From Trichoplax sp. H2 (Eukaryota), in contig NOWV01000012.1 in the NCBI GenBank assembly GCA_003344405.1, positions 248,001-312,000 of the forward strand: DNA of 64,000 nucleotides. The letters run 5' to 3'. Under the pieces are notes generated by a model. The model saw only the letters and a program-made list of their open reading frames with translations. It made no database searches and was not told the DNA's origin. How positions within the stretch are numbered: the first letter of the stretch is position 1; each line of letters starts with the position of its first letter. Positions 28,229 to 41,300 of this stretch are shown in pieces. The translations under genes were made by a program, and so were the position numbers.

Positions 28229-31200
28229 CTATTCAGCTCCGGGTGCATCCTCGTAACTATTACTATTGCTTATGCTACAACTATTATCGCCCTTAAATTG
28301 AAGTTGAGGTAATCCTGAATTCTGCCTAACACTTTCCTGGACATTGGAACTATCACAATCTTGATTTATGGCTTGATTTTCTTCTTTCTTATTCACATTA
28401 CCAATCTTGTCTGAGGCTTTAGCAGTTTCATGATCAGCCAATTGACAAGAAAAGTTAGTAGCATCACAAATTTTTGTGCTATCCACAAACTCAGCTGTGT
28501 CATACAAAGTTTTATCTAATATCAACTCGGTGTATTCAGCTGTTGTTTTATATACACTGCTTAAATACATCTCTAATTCCTCACTGTATTCAGATACGTT
28601 ATCAGGGACTCTATAAAATCTTTCATCGTCATCGCAATTTACACAGTTACTTTTATCCTCCACTTTCTGTAGAACTCCTGTTGCTGCTTCAGTTTTGTTA
28701 TTACGATTACTCTCGTCATTGTCTAATTCAATTCGGAGATCATCTTTAAGAGAATTAGTTTCTGACTTATCTGTCAAATCCGCAGCCGTTACGGGTATAC
28801 TAAAATCTAAAGAATCTTCGTCAGATTCGTTATTTTCATCCGGAATTATAGTTAGAAAATCTGTCTTCTCATTACTATCATATAAGCTATCATCACTATT
28901 TTCTAACGATTCTTCTGTTGCGATAGTATCCATATAATCGTTACTACTATGGATTTGATAGGCCTCGGGTGCCTCAGTTAGCTCTACTTCGTCCGGCATT
29001 TCACTGTATTCATTTGTTTTGGTAATATTCGTTATAGAAGTTGATTCACTATTTTAAGAATGAAAAATTAGAATAAATAAACACTTGATCTTGGAAATGT
29101 AAATGCCGGTATGGAACCATCTATCAATAAGGTGATCTTTCGCAGTACAAGGTAAATAAGATAGATAATGCATAATTTTTATTCCGTGATAGTTTGCATA
29201 ACCTTACTGCAGAGAAACATTAGAACATTCACTTTTATAAGTTAATAAATCTCACCGATTTTGTTCATTATTTGAAGGCTTAACCTGCATTTTCGCTTTT
29301 ATCTACAATGCACAAACAAATAAATAGTGTCTTAAATTAGCATAATGCTAATAACACTAAAGAACGATCAGTAAAACGTACATCTTTTTTTGCGTTATGT
29401 ATTTCGTAGGACGTCAGGACTTTAGCATCGTGGCCTATGTAAAAAGGGTTTTATAGAATAAAACTGTCAAATGTGGCAGTAAAGTAACCTAAAGCAAATG
29501 ATATCTGAAAAATCGCATGTATCAGAATCGATAAGCTTAAACCCATCATTTATGTGGTTTGCAAATTTGCTTTACTGTGTTTACGTATAGAAGAGTTTCA
29601 TTCATACTATGTTCAGAATACAAAATTTATAATATATACCGGTAACATGGCATATATAAATAGTATATTTTATAGATATCACTGTTACTATTGCCTAAGT
29701 ATGGCTTGTCAGCAGCTTCTGACATTAATTTTGGTTTTATATAAGAAAAGTGCGTAATTAAGTAAGGTCGTAGAGATGTTATTGGTTTTAATATTTTTTA
29801 AAATGTATGATTTATATAAAAAATACCGATGCTTTCGGTTTCTTCGTTTGCGACATCTTGCGTATTCATTTGGTTTACCACCACTTGCATATCATGATTA
29901 AGTTGTTGTACCTGATATTTATATATACGCGTATACAAACTTAGAAGCAATTCCGGATATCTTAAGCAGCTGTATTATTTATATGAACCTGTTCGCATAG
30001 GCGTTGAATTCGATGTCTCATTAATGAATTACGAGTTATATGCTTGATAGTGTCGTTGGGAAGCTCCTGAAGTTAAATTTTATGTGATGTATAGGATAAG
30101 ATTGTCAGACATTACTGCTTTTAAATAGAATCATGAGAGATAAACGATACAACGTAATTTTTCGGTGACTATTAGTTTACCTTCCGGGCTTGGTATCCTC
30201 GCCTGAACGTAATTAATTAATATATGAAATTTAAATTCAGATATGTATCTAGAGAATCAATTGAATATTACAACACTAACCAATATTTCTGGATTGAAAT
30301 CGCCGCTTGATTTCTTTTTTTGCGATCTTCAGTTGCTAATACAACTTGAAGTTTTCTCATCTTTCAGATTTAACAAGTTACGGGCATTAATACCTTTGCA
30401 CTTAAATTTATTTTTACGATATTCGTATTCGATATACATATGTAATTGTATTACAGGATGTAAGAAATTGCCATTAGTTTATTTTCTTTCAAGCATTTTT
30501 TAATACGAAAGTTAACCTGGTCTTTCAGTTCTTTAACTTCTTGTTCTAAACTTTTCTCCTGCACTTCATGACTTCGAAGTTGGACTATAAGGCTATCACA
30601 GTGGGCATATGTAAGCAATTATTTTATAGCAGAGCAACGGTAAAAATCGTCTACACAACTTAAGAACAAACATGCCACTAATATCTGTGTTTACCTGTTG
30701 TTCGATTTTTGCAAACGTAACGTGGTATCTTCTAAACGTCTCATTCTCAGTTCCTTTAGATTATGCTGTACAAATCTATTATGTTGCCTGGTGTGATAAC
30801 CGCGCCTTTCAATAATTATAATGATATATTGGTAAGACATCCTTTGTTACTTGTACGTTTAGTAGCTATGATAATGTTGACTCTTACACAAAACCTACCA
30901 ATAACTTTGTATTTTAATAGCGGATTTATGTTGATGTAAAAGGCTCAAGTATCGCTTTCGCTGAGTAAAACCTTTAATTTTTGCTTGAATCACGGTAGCC
31001 GCGTGATCCTTGCTCGTAACAAATTTTGAATACGAAAATGACGATGCTTCAGTTTTAGGTTGTAATTTATCAATTGTGTTTTCTAATTCAAGTTCCGATT
31101 GAAATACTGCTGTCTTGGGCTTTGTAGCTACACTTGTAAGTCCCAATATATTAGTATCTTCAGCACTACTTGGTGAGGGTTCCAACGATGAAGAAATTTC

Positions 31201-34200
31201 ATCTTGGTTTATTACATCCGTTTCTATGCTGGTCAGATCAACATTATGAATTTCAGTACTTCGATTTACTGATTTTGATACAACTCTTGCACCATGGTTT
31301 TCATCTCGCTTGATTGATTCTTTATCAGTATTACGATCTTGGCTTTCTTTCATTTTATCTTCTGCATCGAAATGAATACGTTAATGGTAATATAATCTGT
31401 GAGTTCAGTAAATCAAGCGCGAAATGTAAATTTAAATAAAGATCGTTGTCCTAATACACTAAAAGAATATACTACCATGATCTACAGCATCATGTATTAA
31501 CACGAAGTACGCTCGATAAAATTAGTATACTGATGGAAATAATTACCAGCAGATTCTACATTTAGAACATAATCTTCAGATAAAGGGACATAAACGGAGG
31601 TAGATGAAAGGAGTCCATCCTCATGTTGAACTCCAGCAGATCCTAAAGCTTTAGTACAGTTGATCAAGCAAATTACATTCTTGAAAGTATTGGATGATAT
31701 GAGCATAGTCACAAGACTTTGTACGCAAATTTGTATTACGGTATTCGAAATCTGGACAACTGAAAGTATTAATCGTATACTCTATAAAATGTTTTAAACA
31801 GCGTGAATAGCTTTCGAATTGTCTATTTTGTCATGACGGCCATACAAACAGGTAAATACAGGTTCACACGAATAAATACGGTAGATGGCGTACAAGTATT
31901 TAAGTAAAGTACGAATTTAGCTAGCTTGTATGTACAGTATGTATGTAGCGAATCAGATTATACTATGATCATAGTGACATATTCATATTCTTACAAGACG
32001 AATCATTCGTTACCACGGAAGAATTACCAGGGTAGATTGGTTTCGTTTTAGCGTTTACACTCTTTGGTCTTTTACAACTAAACGTTGGGATAAATGTATA
32101 AATTATGCAGAGTACATTTATGTATAGCACTGGGTAAAAAGTATTTGCTTAGCTTAAAAATTTCAAGAGATTCAATCAACGCATACCTAGCATCGTTTTC
32201 TCTGCTCTCTGCTACATTGATCTCATCACGCATACGTATAGAATCTAAAAATAAGGTAATTTATAAGTTCTACCGCCAAAGTAAAATATTAAAATATCTA
32301 AATCAAACGAGAATCTAAAATTGAAAGAATATATAATGCTCAGCAACATAACTGTAAAATAAAAGTATTACCAGTACTGGATAAAATAGATTGATTAACG
32401 GATGTATCCGTTGTATCAAACTGAGCAAGCTGTAATCCCAAATAAGCAATTAATCTTTGATGCAGGTGCTGAAGCTGCTCTTGTCGTTGCAGTAATTCTT
32501 TTTGATGCGACAGCTGTTGCTTTAGGAGTTGATTATGAAAAAATTGAAGCTGATTTTTCCATTGCGGTTGTGATTTTTGAGAGGAAACACTACTCCTTAT
32601 ATGTTGCCATAACTGTTGTTGATCTGCTAATTGTTGCTCGTATAATTTCTTTAGTTGTATTCTTTGTTGCTCAATTAATATTTGATGCCTTCCTTGTAGC
32701 TCCTGCAACTGCTGGTTACTACTAATACTACTTATTGTATCATTTGGCGTAAAGTTTGGTGTAGTAGTAGAATCTGATGGAACTAACGGACTACTACTTC
32801 TACTATCTTTGTCATGGTCTTCATTAATCTGTAGATGAAAACCAAGATTTTCAGTTCTAGCAGCAATATTTTGTACTTTGAAATTAAGCCATCATCACCT
32901 GTGACTTGTTGGCGGCATATTTAGAATATATCCAACGTAAGTACTGAACCAATTCGGACTTTTGACATAAAAGAATTTCTCTTCGTTCTCCTTCCATAAA
33001 TTGCGCTAACATCCTATTGAAATTTAAGCGATATTACCTAACCTTAGGTAAAGACTTTTAAATCTTGAAAGAGAAATCAGTAGATAGTCGTATGATTTAC
33101 TTGTCTTCCTCAGTGACTACTTCATCATCCAGATATTCTATATTGTCAAAAAAACTAATTGCAAAGGCTCTATAGATTGAGTAGCTAATTAAATTAAAAC
33201 AAGCAGTTCGGTTAAGTAAAATAAGGTTATATTTCGTGTCATGAAATGCCAATGTTGCGCTAGATTTTGTTGTATGAAAGGATACAGCTGCTTATCTTTA
33301 GTTAACATAAATGGGTTGTTATTGATATACAGTTGTTGTAAACCTGGTAAGTGGTATAGGTATGCTATCTATAGTGTAAATGAGTCAAAATGAAAAAATA
33401 ATCAAATCAGTTAAGAATAATTATCGCGGACATAATTATTGCAATTAACTTTTTAATACCTCTCTAAGATCACTAATATAATTGTCATTAATAGCAAAAG
33501 CTTGCAGTTGCGGTGGTAGATGTATTGAAACTCTAATAATAAAAGGCAATTATAATACGATATTAAATACTTCTTAAAAGTTGAATCTTCCACTGGGATA
33601 ATTTTATGGCATGCTGTCTTGTGATAACCAATTATAACAGTATACCAAAGGTGTAATAACGGATGTTTTAGATGTTATTAACCTAAAACTATTTAAGGAT
33701 ATTAAAATTACATGAACTCACTTAGAAAGTGAGGATATTCTATTTCCTTGCAAGAAAAGAACCTAATTCCGATAAACAATGTATTGAACAAGTTTAGTAA
33801 TTTTATACTGGAAAGATGGCATGAATAAGTTGATATCGTGTTTTATGATTCAATTCCGAGAAATTAGGTGTCAATTTTTATTAGTCCATACTGATGATAA
33901 TGTACTCTAACGGTCACTAATTAATAGGATAATCTATGTTATCGATACCTTTAGAAACTCTAACTTCGATAAATTCGGCAGTTCTTCAATGCTATATTGG
34001 ATATAAGACAGATAATTTTGTTAAAATGGAGAATTTATGATGGTAGGATTACTGTACTTTAAAATGCACATGTTACAATAAATACTTACTCATTTTGAGA
34101 TAAATCAATATAACGTAGATTCTTATTCAGGAACAGATTATTTACATTCTAGGCAGGGATATAATGATGCAAAAACATTTAGTTAATTTCATGTAAAACA

Positions 34201-35683
34201 GTTAATTGTAAGTGCACAATGTTAGTCAACATGGAATGTTGACTTATGTATAAATCATCAAGCTACCGTGGATTATAATTTCATATGAATTAAGACTGAG
34301 GTTCCGCATGCAATTGTTTAGCTATTTCTATAATTTTCACGGTTTAATACGCTAGCAAGCTAGCATAGTAAACTGCACTGCTTGTAATAATTAAAGTGGG
34401 CATTGCGAAGTGGCTATATACTATAGTTCCTAAACCATGCTGTTGCACTCAAATGATACTATTTGTAGATAATCAGAAGGAAAAACTATAAATTGATGTC
34501 TTGCAGTTTCTACGTAATCAGATCATACTGAACGGCTTGCTTGTACTAAATACCACACTACAATTTCATCAAGCTTATAGCCAATACTGTAGTGGTAAAG
34601 ATTATAGCAATAACAAATGTTGTGCTAATTTAATTTTGTAAAGTTATATAATCCCATGTTAATTCAGGGCGGATAGGGATATTGCAACTTTTAGCTGGAA
34701 TATTGTACACTGGAGCTAAATTATTCTCTACTGACAGGAGTGTAGTGCTGTACAGTACATTAACTTCTATCACAAATACAGGCAGTGCACCCTATCAACT
34801 GTATCTGTATCTGAAAGGCACGGATTAATTATAAATTGTCATAATTAAATAATTATTCCTTAAAGTAGCGTAGACTATAAGAGAAGCACCTAAACTATTT
34901 TACTGCATGCAACAGTAGCAACAGAAATAACATGAAAAGTTGATACCATTACGATAGCAATTTAAAATACTCGTATAGACTACTGTATACAACTGAAATT
35001 TTTAATAATTGCATGAACAAATTTTACATCCACTCAGATTCTACTAAATCGATATAGTCCATACTAAGTAAGGATAATTAATAATTTACCGTTAAATTAT
35101 TATTGGATAGGTTCAAATATTCCAATTCAGTTAAGCCTTCCAGACCTATAGAAGTAAGTAGAAGAGAATATTAATTTTAGCTGTACTGTAGTCAGTTTAT
35201 CAAGACTAAGGAAATTTATTGGTGTATGTTATGGAAGTTTTTAAACTTACCGTTAATTCGAAAGATGCTGTTGTTATGTAAATCTAGATAGCGTAATTGA
35301 ACGTGCAATTCTATCCCGGATAATTTAACTAATCGATTTGAAGCTACAGACAATTTTCTCAGATTGATGATAGGATGTAAACTCTCTAGCGTAGACAACT
35401 GGTTGTTGTCGAGCTTCAAAGTATCAATACTGATTTCATTTTCAATATGAAGGTGCATCCATCCTTGAGCTAAAAAAGCCATTATTAATATATTAATTCA
35501 TTCATTATTCATTGCAGTTTCAACTGTCAATGACATAGTACAGTGCTAGGATATGGTGTAACTTATTGCCTATAAATGTAAAAGTTATCCCAAAATCATA
35601 CAAGATAAATCGGCCACGTTTTCCTCATTATCGTCCATATCGTCAAGACCGTCGAAGAGTTCAGCTCGCAGTACCTCCGCCAT
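28229..35683 (-). CDS. CEP97: Centrosomal protein 97 (LRR + IQ), multi-exon
   Basis: Exon 1 (35683-35602, MAEVLRAE..VADLS) joins exon 2 (35469-35251, SQGWMHL..TLKLDNNQL..LSVASNRLVKL). Further LRR exons VLFLQGNRISSL and HLPPQLQAFAINDNYISDLRE; LRR cap INNNPF..YRAFAISFF..LD; then LVQYL, LLSSTSVYVPL and the IQ region IQSYWRGYHTR..ELRMRRLE, all parallel to human CEP97. Last exon 29049-28229. Confidence 0.85.
33185..33285 (-). other. U12-type (minor spliceosome) GT-AG intron in CEP97
   Basis: 5' splice site GTATCCTTT (33285-33277), branch-like TTTACTTAAC (33220-33211), no strong pyrimidine tract, AG at 33186-33185. Splicing restores the frame (KQL/YSIYR). Confidence 0.8.
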
Positions 35684-36056
35684 CTTCCCAATGTTGTTGT
35701 TGTTGTTCGTAATTTCGAGTTCAATCTTATGATTTCACCTTGGATCTATTTTTCAAATGGAGAAAATGGACACTTTTAATGGCTAAAATGCTGAGTAAGG
35801 GCTTAAAATCGAGGTGAATTCGAGTTTATAGGCCGCTAAAACTAAGAAATTGAACGGATAAAATCAGCGAACAGAGAGCAGATTGTCCAAATATTATAGC
35901 GCTCGCTGTGACTGATATAAAACAGGACAGCTGAGATGACTTCACCTCTGACTTCTCTCGAGCAGGTTGACGCTTTGACAGTGACATGTCAGTCAAGTAG
36001 TATGACGCTCTTGCCGGTGTCAGCGTGCATGCCAATCCACTGAGTCAAGAGGGTGA

Positions 36057-36990
36057 ACTGTACAGTGTACAGTTCAGCGACCTCTGACTTTGTGGCGCGA
36101 CAGTGGATTATTTGAAGTTTTTACCGTGTACAGTACCAACACTACAGTGCGCTCATTGTACAGTACTGTACTGTACGGTACAGTGTACAGTACAGTACTG
36201 TACACCGTACACTACAGCCAGATTAAATTGGCTAGAACAACAGAAAAATAAAATAGTGTGCGCAAAATTTATGCCTAAATTGAGTAAAATTATTATAAGA
36301 GTGTGGCTTCATAACTCCAATTTCATCATCATAATCATGTTCTACAGTTATCCTACTGGTACATCTCAATAGAATTATTAGCAAATCATAACTTTAGTTG
36401 TTCACCCCGATTTTGCCCGTGGAAATTTATCTCGCTGCACAGTGTGCTGAAAGAATGGCTTCTTTCAGTCAAAAGCATACTATGTCTCTATCCATTACCA
36501 ATTTCTATACAGTACTATCACAGCTTTAGCGAAAACACACGTATGTATAGTACAGTACAGTACAGTACAGTAACGTACAGTACTGTACTGTACATACAGT
36601 ACAGTACTGTACACTGTACAGTACGTGAGTGACATGACTGCATGCACTACAGTACAGTACAGTACTGAATACAGTATATTGTACTGTACACTGTACTGCA
36701 CAGTGTACAGTACAGTACAGAACAGTACAGTACTGTACAGTACTGTACAGTACAGTCACTCCATATTAGCCATATTGTACTGTAGTGTAGCCCCTTTACG
36801 GTACACTGTACACTCCGGTATACACTCAGTTCCTGCTAGCCGCTGGCCGCCTCTGCAACGCACTACAGTACTGAATACAGTATATTGTACTGTACACTGT
36901 ACTGCACAGTGTACAGTACAGTACAGTACAGTCACTCCATATTAGCCATATTGTACTGTAGTGTAGCCCCTTTACGGTACACTGTACACT
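36057..36990. repeat. TA(CAGTA|CTGTA)n low-complexity array in the CEP97/CDC40 divergent promoter
   Basis: Dense mixed-orientation TACAG/TACTG pentamers with TACAGTGTA/TACACTGTA variants at about 36128-36217 and 36549-36990. Confidence 0.9.
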
Positions 36991-37036
36991 CCGGTATACA
37001 CTTAGTTCCTGCTAGCCGCTGGCCGCCTCTGCAACG
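36644..37036 (+). repeat. Tandem duplication (~217 bp + ~177 bp) of the sequence immediately 5' of the CDC40 ATG
   Basis: Near-identical copies at 36644-36860 and 36860-37036 (e.g. CACTCCATATTAGCCATATT..GCTAGCCGCTGGCCGCCTCTGCAACG). They differ in pentamer number and in TCAGTT versus TTAGTT. Confidence 0.9.
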
Positions 37037-37045
37037 CCGCCGAAA

Positions 37046-40000
37046 ATGGATGATATTGTGAATGCTTATGATAGCAGTAGCGACAGTAGTCATGATGGAG
37101 AAAGCTCAATAACCACGAGCAATGTCGACTTTCAAACTCTTAAAGAAAAATTCAATTTAAATAGTACGCCACAAATTTTAATTAAGGTATGTCATGGAGA
37201 TCTTGGATAGAGTTTTGACCATGTGTAGTATGCAATAAGAAGAGGTTATCACGTAAAACAGAGTTGATATTGGATCAACTCAATGATGATAGATAAAAAT
37301 TGGAGCTAATCCAATGGTCATCTCATTGGAACTGGAGTCTAACCTCGACATAACCAGCTATTGATTACCTCATGCAATAACTAATATTCCTTTTATTTGT
37401 ATAATAGGAAAGTGTAAATATTAGTCGAAAGATCGATAGCCACGCAAAAGAAGTCAGCTATAATCCTAAATATGAGGAACTGTTTCAACCGGAGGTAAAT
37501 AAGTAGAAAAATCGTAATGGAATAATGTGTATTTGCGCATGTAACAGCACTGCTAACCCATGCTGGATAGTTAGCTAGATATACTTATTACTTACTACAG
37601 TATAGATGATCAATTGCGTGCATATGTAACAATGTATGAACGACACAGCGTCGTCAAGTAGTATTCAAAGGAGCTATTCTTTTGCACTATACATTTACAT
37701 ATTGTCAAACTGACCTAAAAAAAATACGCTTGACATACTCTATTTCTAACCTTTGCATTGGAGTCTGACATGGCCTGCTTGCACTTTTTTATTCATTACA
37801 TTACATGTATGACTAACAATACATAGTCTACAAAGTTATTTCCTAGTATATTTAACTACACACTGTAAATGAGTTTGATGTAAGAACATTTTGAAAATAT
37901 TACAGTACTGTAATTCTATAGCAAAGTTGCTTTGTGGTATACACAATAAAGGAATTTAATATGAGGGTTATTACAAATGATAAATCCATGTGCACTGTAA
38001 GCATTGCCAGCATTCTACTGTAATGTTCTATCTATCAATTCTTAAACCAATACTTAATTGTATATGAAACCGCATCGATGAGCTTAGGTTGGACCTCTAA
38101 ATCCTTTCAAAACCAAGCAGCAAGCGGCACCAAAAAATACACTCTCAGGTGTGAACTTCAAGATAATTCTTCTATAAAGTGACCAAGTAACTCTTTATAC
38201 AACACATTTTAGTTTAATGTATGTAAATTTTACTACCTTTTAGGCTATGTAGAAGATAGTCATTTCAATGATTTCCAGTTTGAAAATCAAAGAAGGACAT
38301 TTTCTACCCACGGTAATAAATATACCCTAAACCAGTTATTTTTTATTACTAATAGTGAAATTTACTATTATTATAGGTGAATGGTTAACTGTCCTAATCT
38401 ATTGCTTATTTATTATTTACATTAAATGCAGGTTACGCGTTAGACCCTTCTGTTGGTAATAGCAATTCTTCTGGAAATAAGTTCGTACTATCTGCAATAA
38501 TGATTGAATTAATTCAAGCAATCTCAAAGGTCTTTACTTATGTGCTCTTTGAATTACATTAACTTATCTACGATCCTTAATTAGCATTATCGGCGATATC
38601 GATATGGCCAGTCAATTAGACGGTAATGAAAGTTTAATTCATGTATTTTTTCAAATTGGATTCTCTTCCATTTTTAATTTAAAGATTAAACTCGATATGA
38701 ACTGAAAGTTTAATCAATCTTTAATGTGTAGGAAGGACAGTTTTTGAATCTGGTAAGAGATTCGGAATTGAGAAAAGAAAGCGTGGCGAACGAGGAGATC
38801 CATCGGATATTGATTGTTATAAAGGTCTGAATCTTAGCTGATAAACCACTATACGCACTGTTATGCCATTGTAAATACTGTACTTTACTAATATTGTAAG
38901 AGTACGAATCTATAGGATGCTTTTTTAGTTAGATTACGTAACTTTGTATACATACTATAGGTCCTTGGGCAGGCTATGTTGATGAGAATAAAATTGCAAA
39001 ACCTACAGAGGTGAGTTATGCTGCTTTATCTTAAGAAATTGGTTGTCACAATGCGATGGCGTAAACGTTAAGGAAAATTTGCGTACATCTTTTGAATCAA
39101 TGTAGGAAGAGCAGGCTGTACTTGATGATTGGAAAACAGTAACAAGCAAGAAAAAGAAGGAAGAGACTGTTGTCGATGAAAGAAGCACACTTCACAGTAC
39201 GGCATCTATATATGTATTGCCTTTGATAACGAATCCAAGAAATTAGGATGCTTTACTATAATGTAATCGGGTTAATACTAATAGCTGACTTTGCTCCCGC
39301 AGTAAAAGATGCATTGGATTATCAAGGGCGATCTTTCCTGCATCCTCCTCAAGATATGGGAGTTAGACTCAACTCCGAAGAACCACCGGAAAAATGCTTT
39401 TTACCGAAGAAGCATATTCATACTTGGTAATATACACGTATATACTTAGAATAATGTATCTCTTTAAAAGGTCCGGTAAATAAGTATTTGTTACACGCTG
39501 ATTAGTCTAACACGCGTACTCCTTCTTATCAATGGCGCAGGACTGGTCATACAAAAGGCGTATCTGCTATTCGTTTATTCCCACTTTCAGGTCATCTGCT
39601 TCTGTCCTGTAGTATGGACAGTAAAATTAAGGTCTGTTATGCTTTTGGGATAGATATTGTATGATAGTAAAAGATAATGAAAAATTTATTATTAATAATA
39701 GCTATGGGAAGTATACGGCAATCGAAGATGCATTCGTACTTACCTAGGTATACTTCGAAAGAATAGATTTTACAATGTATAAAATATTTTCATTTATAAA
39801 AATTTTTATTTAAAACCGCTTTCAATTTATGCCTTCGTAGGACATGACAAAGCTGTTAGGGATATCTGCTTTAATAATGATGGCACTGAATTTTTAAGTG
39901 CAGCCTATGATCGTTATATAAAGCTATGGGATACAGAAACTGGTAGGCTGCTCTATATTATTGTTGTTAACTAGCTTGATATTCGATCACGTTATATTTC

Positions 40001-41300
40001 GTACATACTATTTTAGGTCAATGTAAAGGTAAATTTACTAACAAAAGGATTCCTTACTGTGTCAAATTTAATCCGGAAGAGGTAATGCATATCGAAGTGT
40101 TTCTTAAAACAATTGCAATCACGATTTTGAAATGGCTGTCCATCATTCTATGTAGGATAAACAACATTTATTCGTAGCTGGATTAGCAGATAAAAAAATT
40201 GTTACGGTATGTATTGGATCTTTCGATGTAGCTTAACTCTTGTATTATTTCGAGCAAGCATTGCCTTCTAGCTTGACGTCGGCTTACATTTTATATAGTG
40301 GGATATGAGAGCTAATGAAATTGTGCAAGAATATGATAGGTAATCTAACATCTTGTTATCTTACACTGGCTATTGATTTATAAATCTGAGACAATTTAAA
40401 TTTATCAATCAACTTTAGGCATCTTGGTGCTGTTAACACCGTAACATTTATAGATGACAATAGACGATTTGTGAGTACTTCAGACGACAAGAGTTTACGT
40501 GTCTGGGAATGGTATGTATCACTTTAAATACATTCTTGTCATCGTCATCGATGCTGCAGTACATTATTACTGAGCGCTTTCCTTCCATAACAGGGATATT
40601 CCAGTAGATTCGAAATATATTGCTGATCCTTCCATGCATTCTGTACCAGCTGTAACTCTTTCACCTAATCGTATGTAGACCTAATTTTATTTTATTAAGT
40701 GAAATTAGTTGTTAAAGTCATAATTCTAGCATAGATTTTATTTTATTTTAAAGTTAAGATTTTTAACTATTCGTTTCGCACCAGAAAAATGGCTAGCTTG
40801 CCAATCTATGGATAATCAGATACTGATATATAACGCGCTAAGTAAGATGAGAATGAACCGAAAGAAAGTATTTAAAGGTCACATGGTTGCTGGATATGCA
40901 TGCCAAGTTAATTTTTCACCAGATGGAAGGTAAGCTACAATAGAATACCTACTCATATATAGTATGCACCTAAGTTACGAATTGGTAATTCATAGATAGT
41001 CACAATTGAACGCGTATTGCTAACATATTTTTCTTATTTTGTTTCTAGTTACGTGATATCTGGAGACGCAGACGGCAAGTTATTCATTTGGGATTGGAAA
41101 TCAACGAAAGTATATAGGTTAGATTCACATAAAGTACTGTGATTTTAATTTATTATTTCTCAAAATAATAATTATCAATTTTTTATACTAGTAAATTTAA
41201 GGCTCATGATCAAGTATGTATCGGATGCTGTTGGCTACCTCATGAAACATCGAAAGTGATTACATGTGGTTGGGATGGATTAATAAAGTTATGGGATTAG
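37046..41300 (+). CDS. CDC40: Pre-mRNA-processing factor 17 (CDC40/PRP17), WD40 repeat protein, ~21 exons
   Basis: Exon 1 is 37046-37186. Conserved [93 protein letters not shown], and C-terminal [12 protein letters not shown] (TAG ends at 41300). Confidence 0.95.

Noticed and set aside
36103-36945. ORF-track proteins rich in YSTVQ/YCTVL (also 43822-44053, 50055-51172 and 55285-55802)
   Set aside because: These are translations of the stop-free pentamer arrays, appearing in several overlapping frames on both strands, with no splice or homology support.
36549-37036. CRISPR-like repeat/spacer reading of the arrays
   Set aside because: The locus is eukaryotic, with no constant-length repeats, no unique spacers and no cas genes.
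37282-37365. Possible C/D snoRNA in CDC40 intron 1 (ATGATGA plus ATTGGAACTGGAGT, partly antisense to 18S)
   Set aside because: No canonical CTGA D box, a mismatch in the guide duplex, and no methylation site that I know of at the predicted position.
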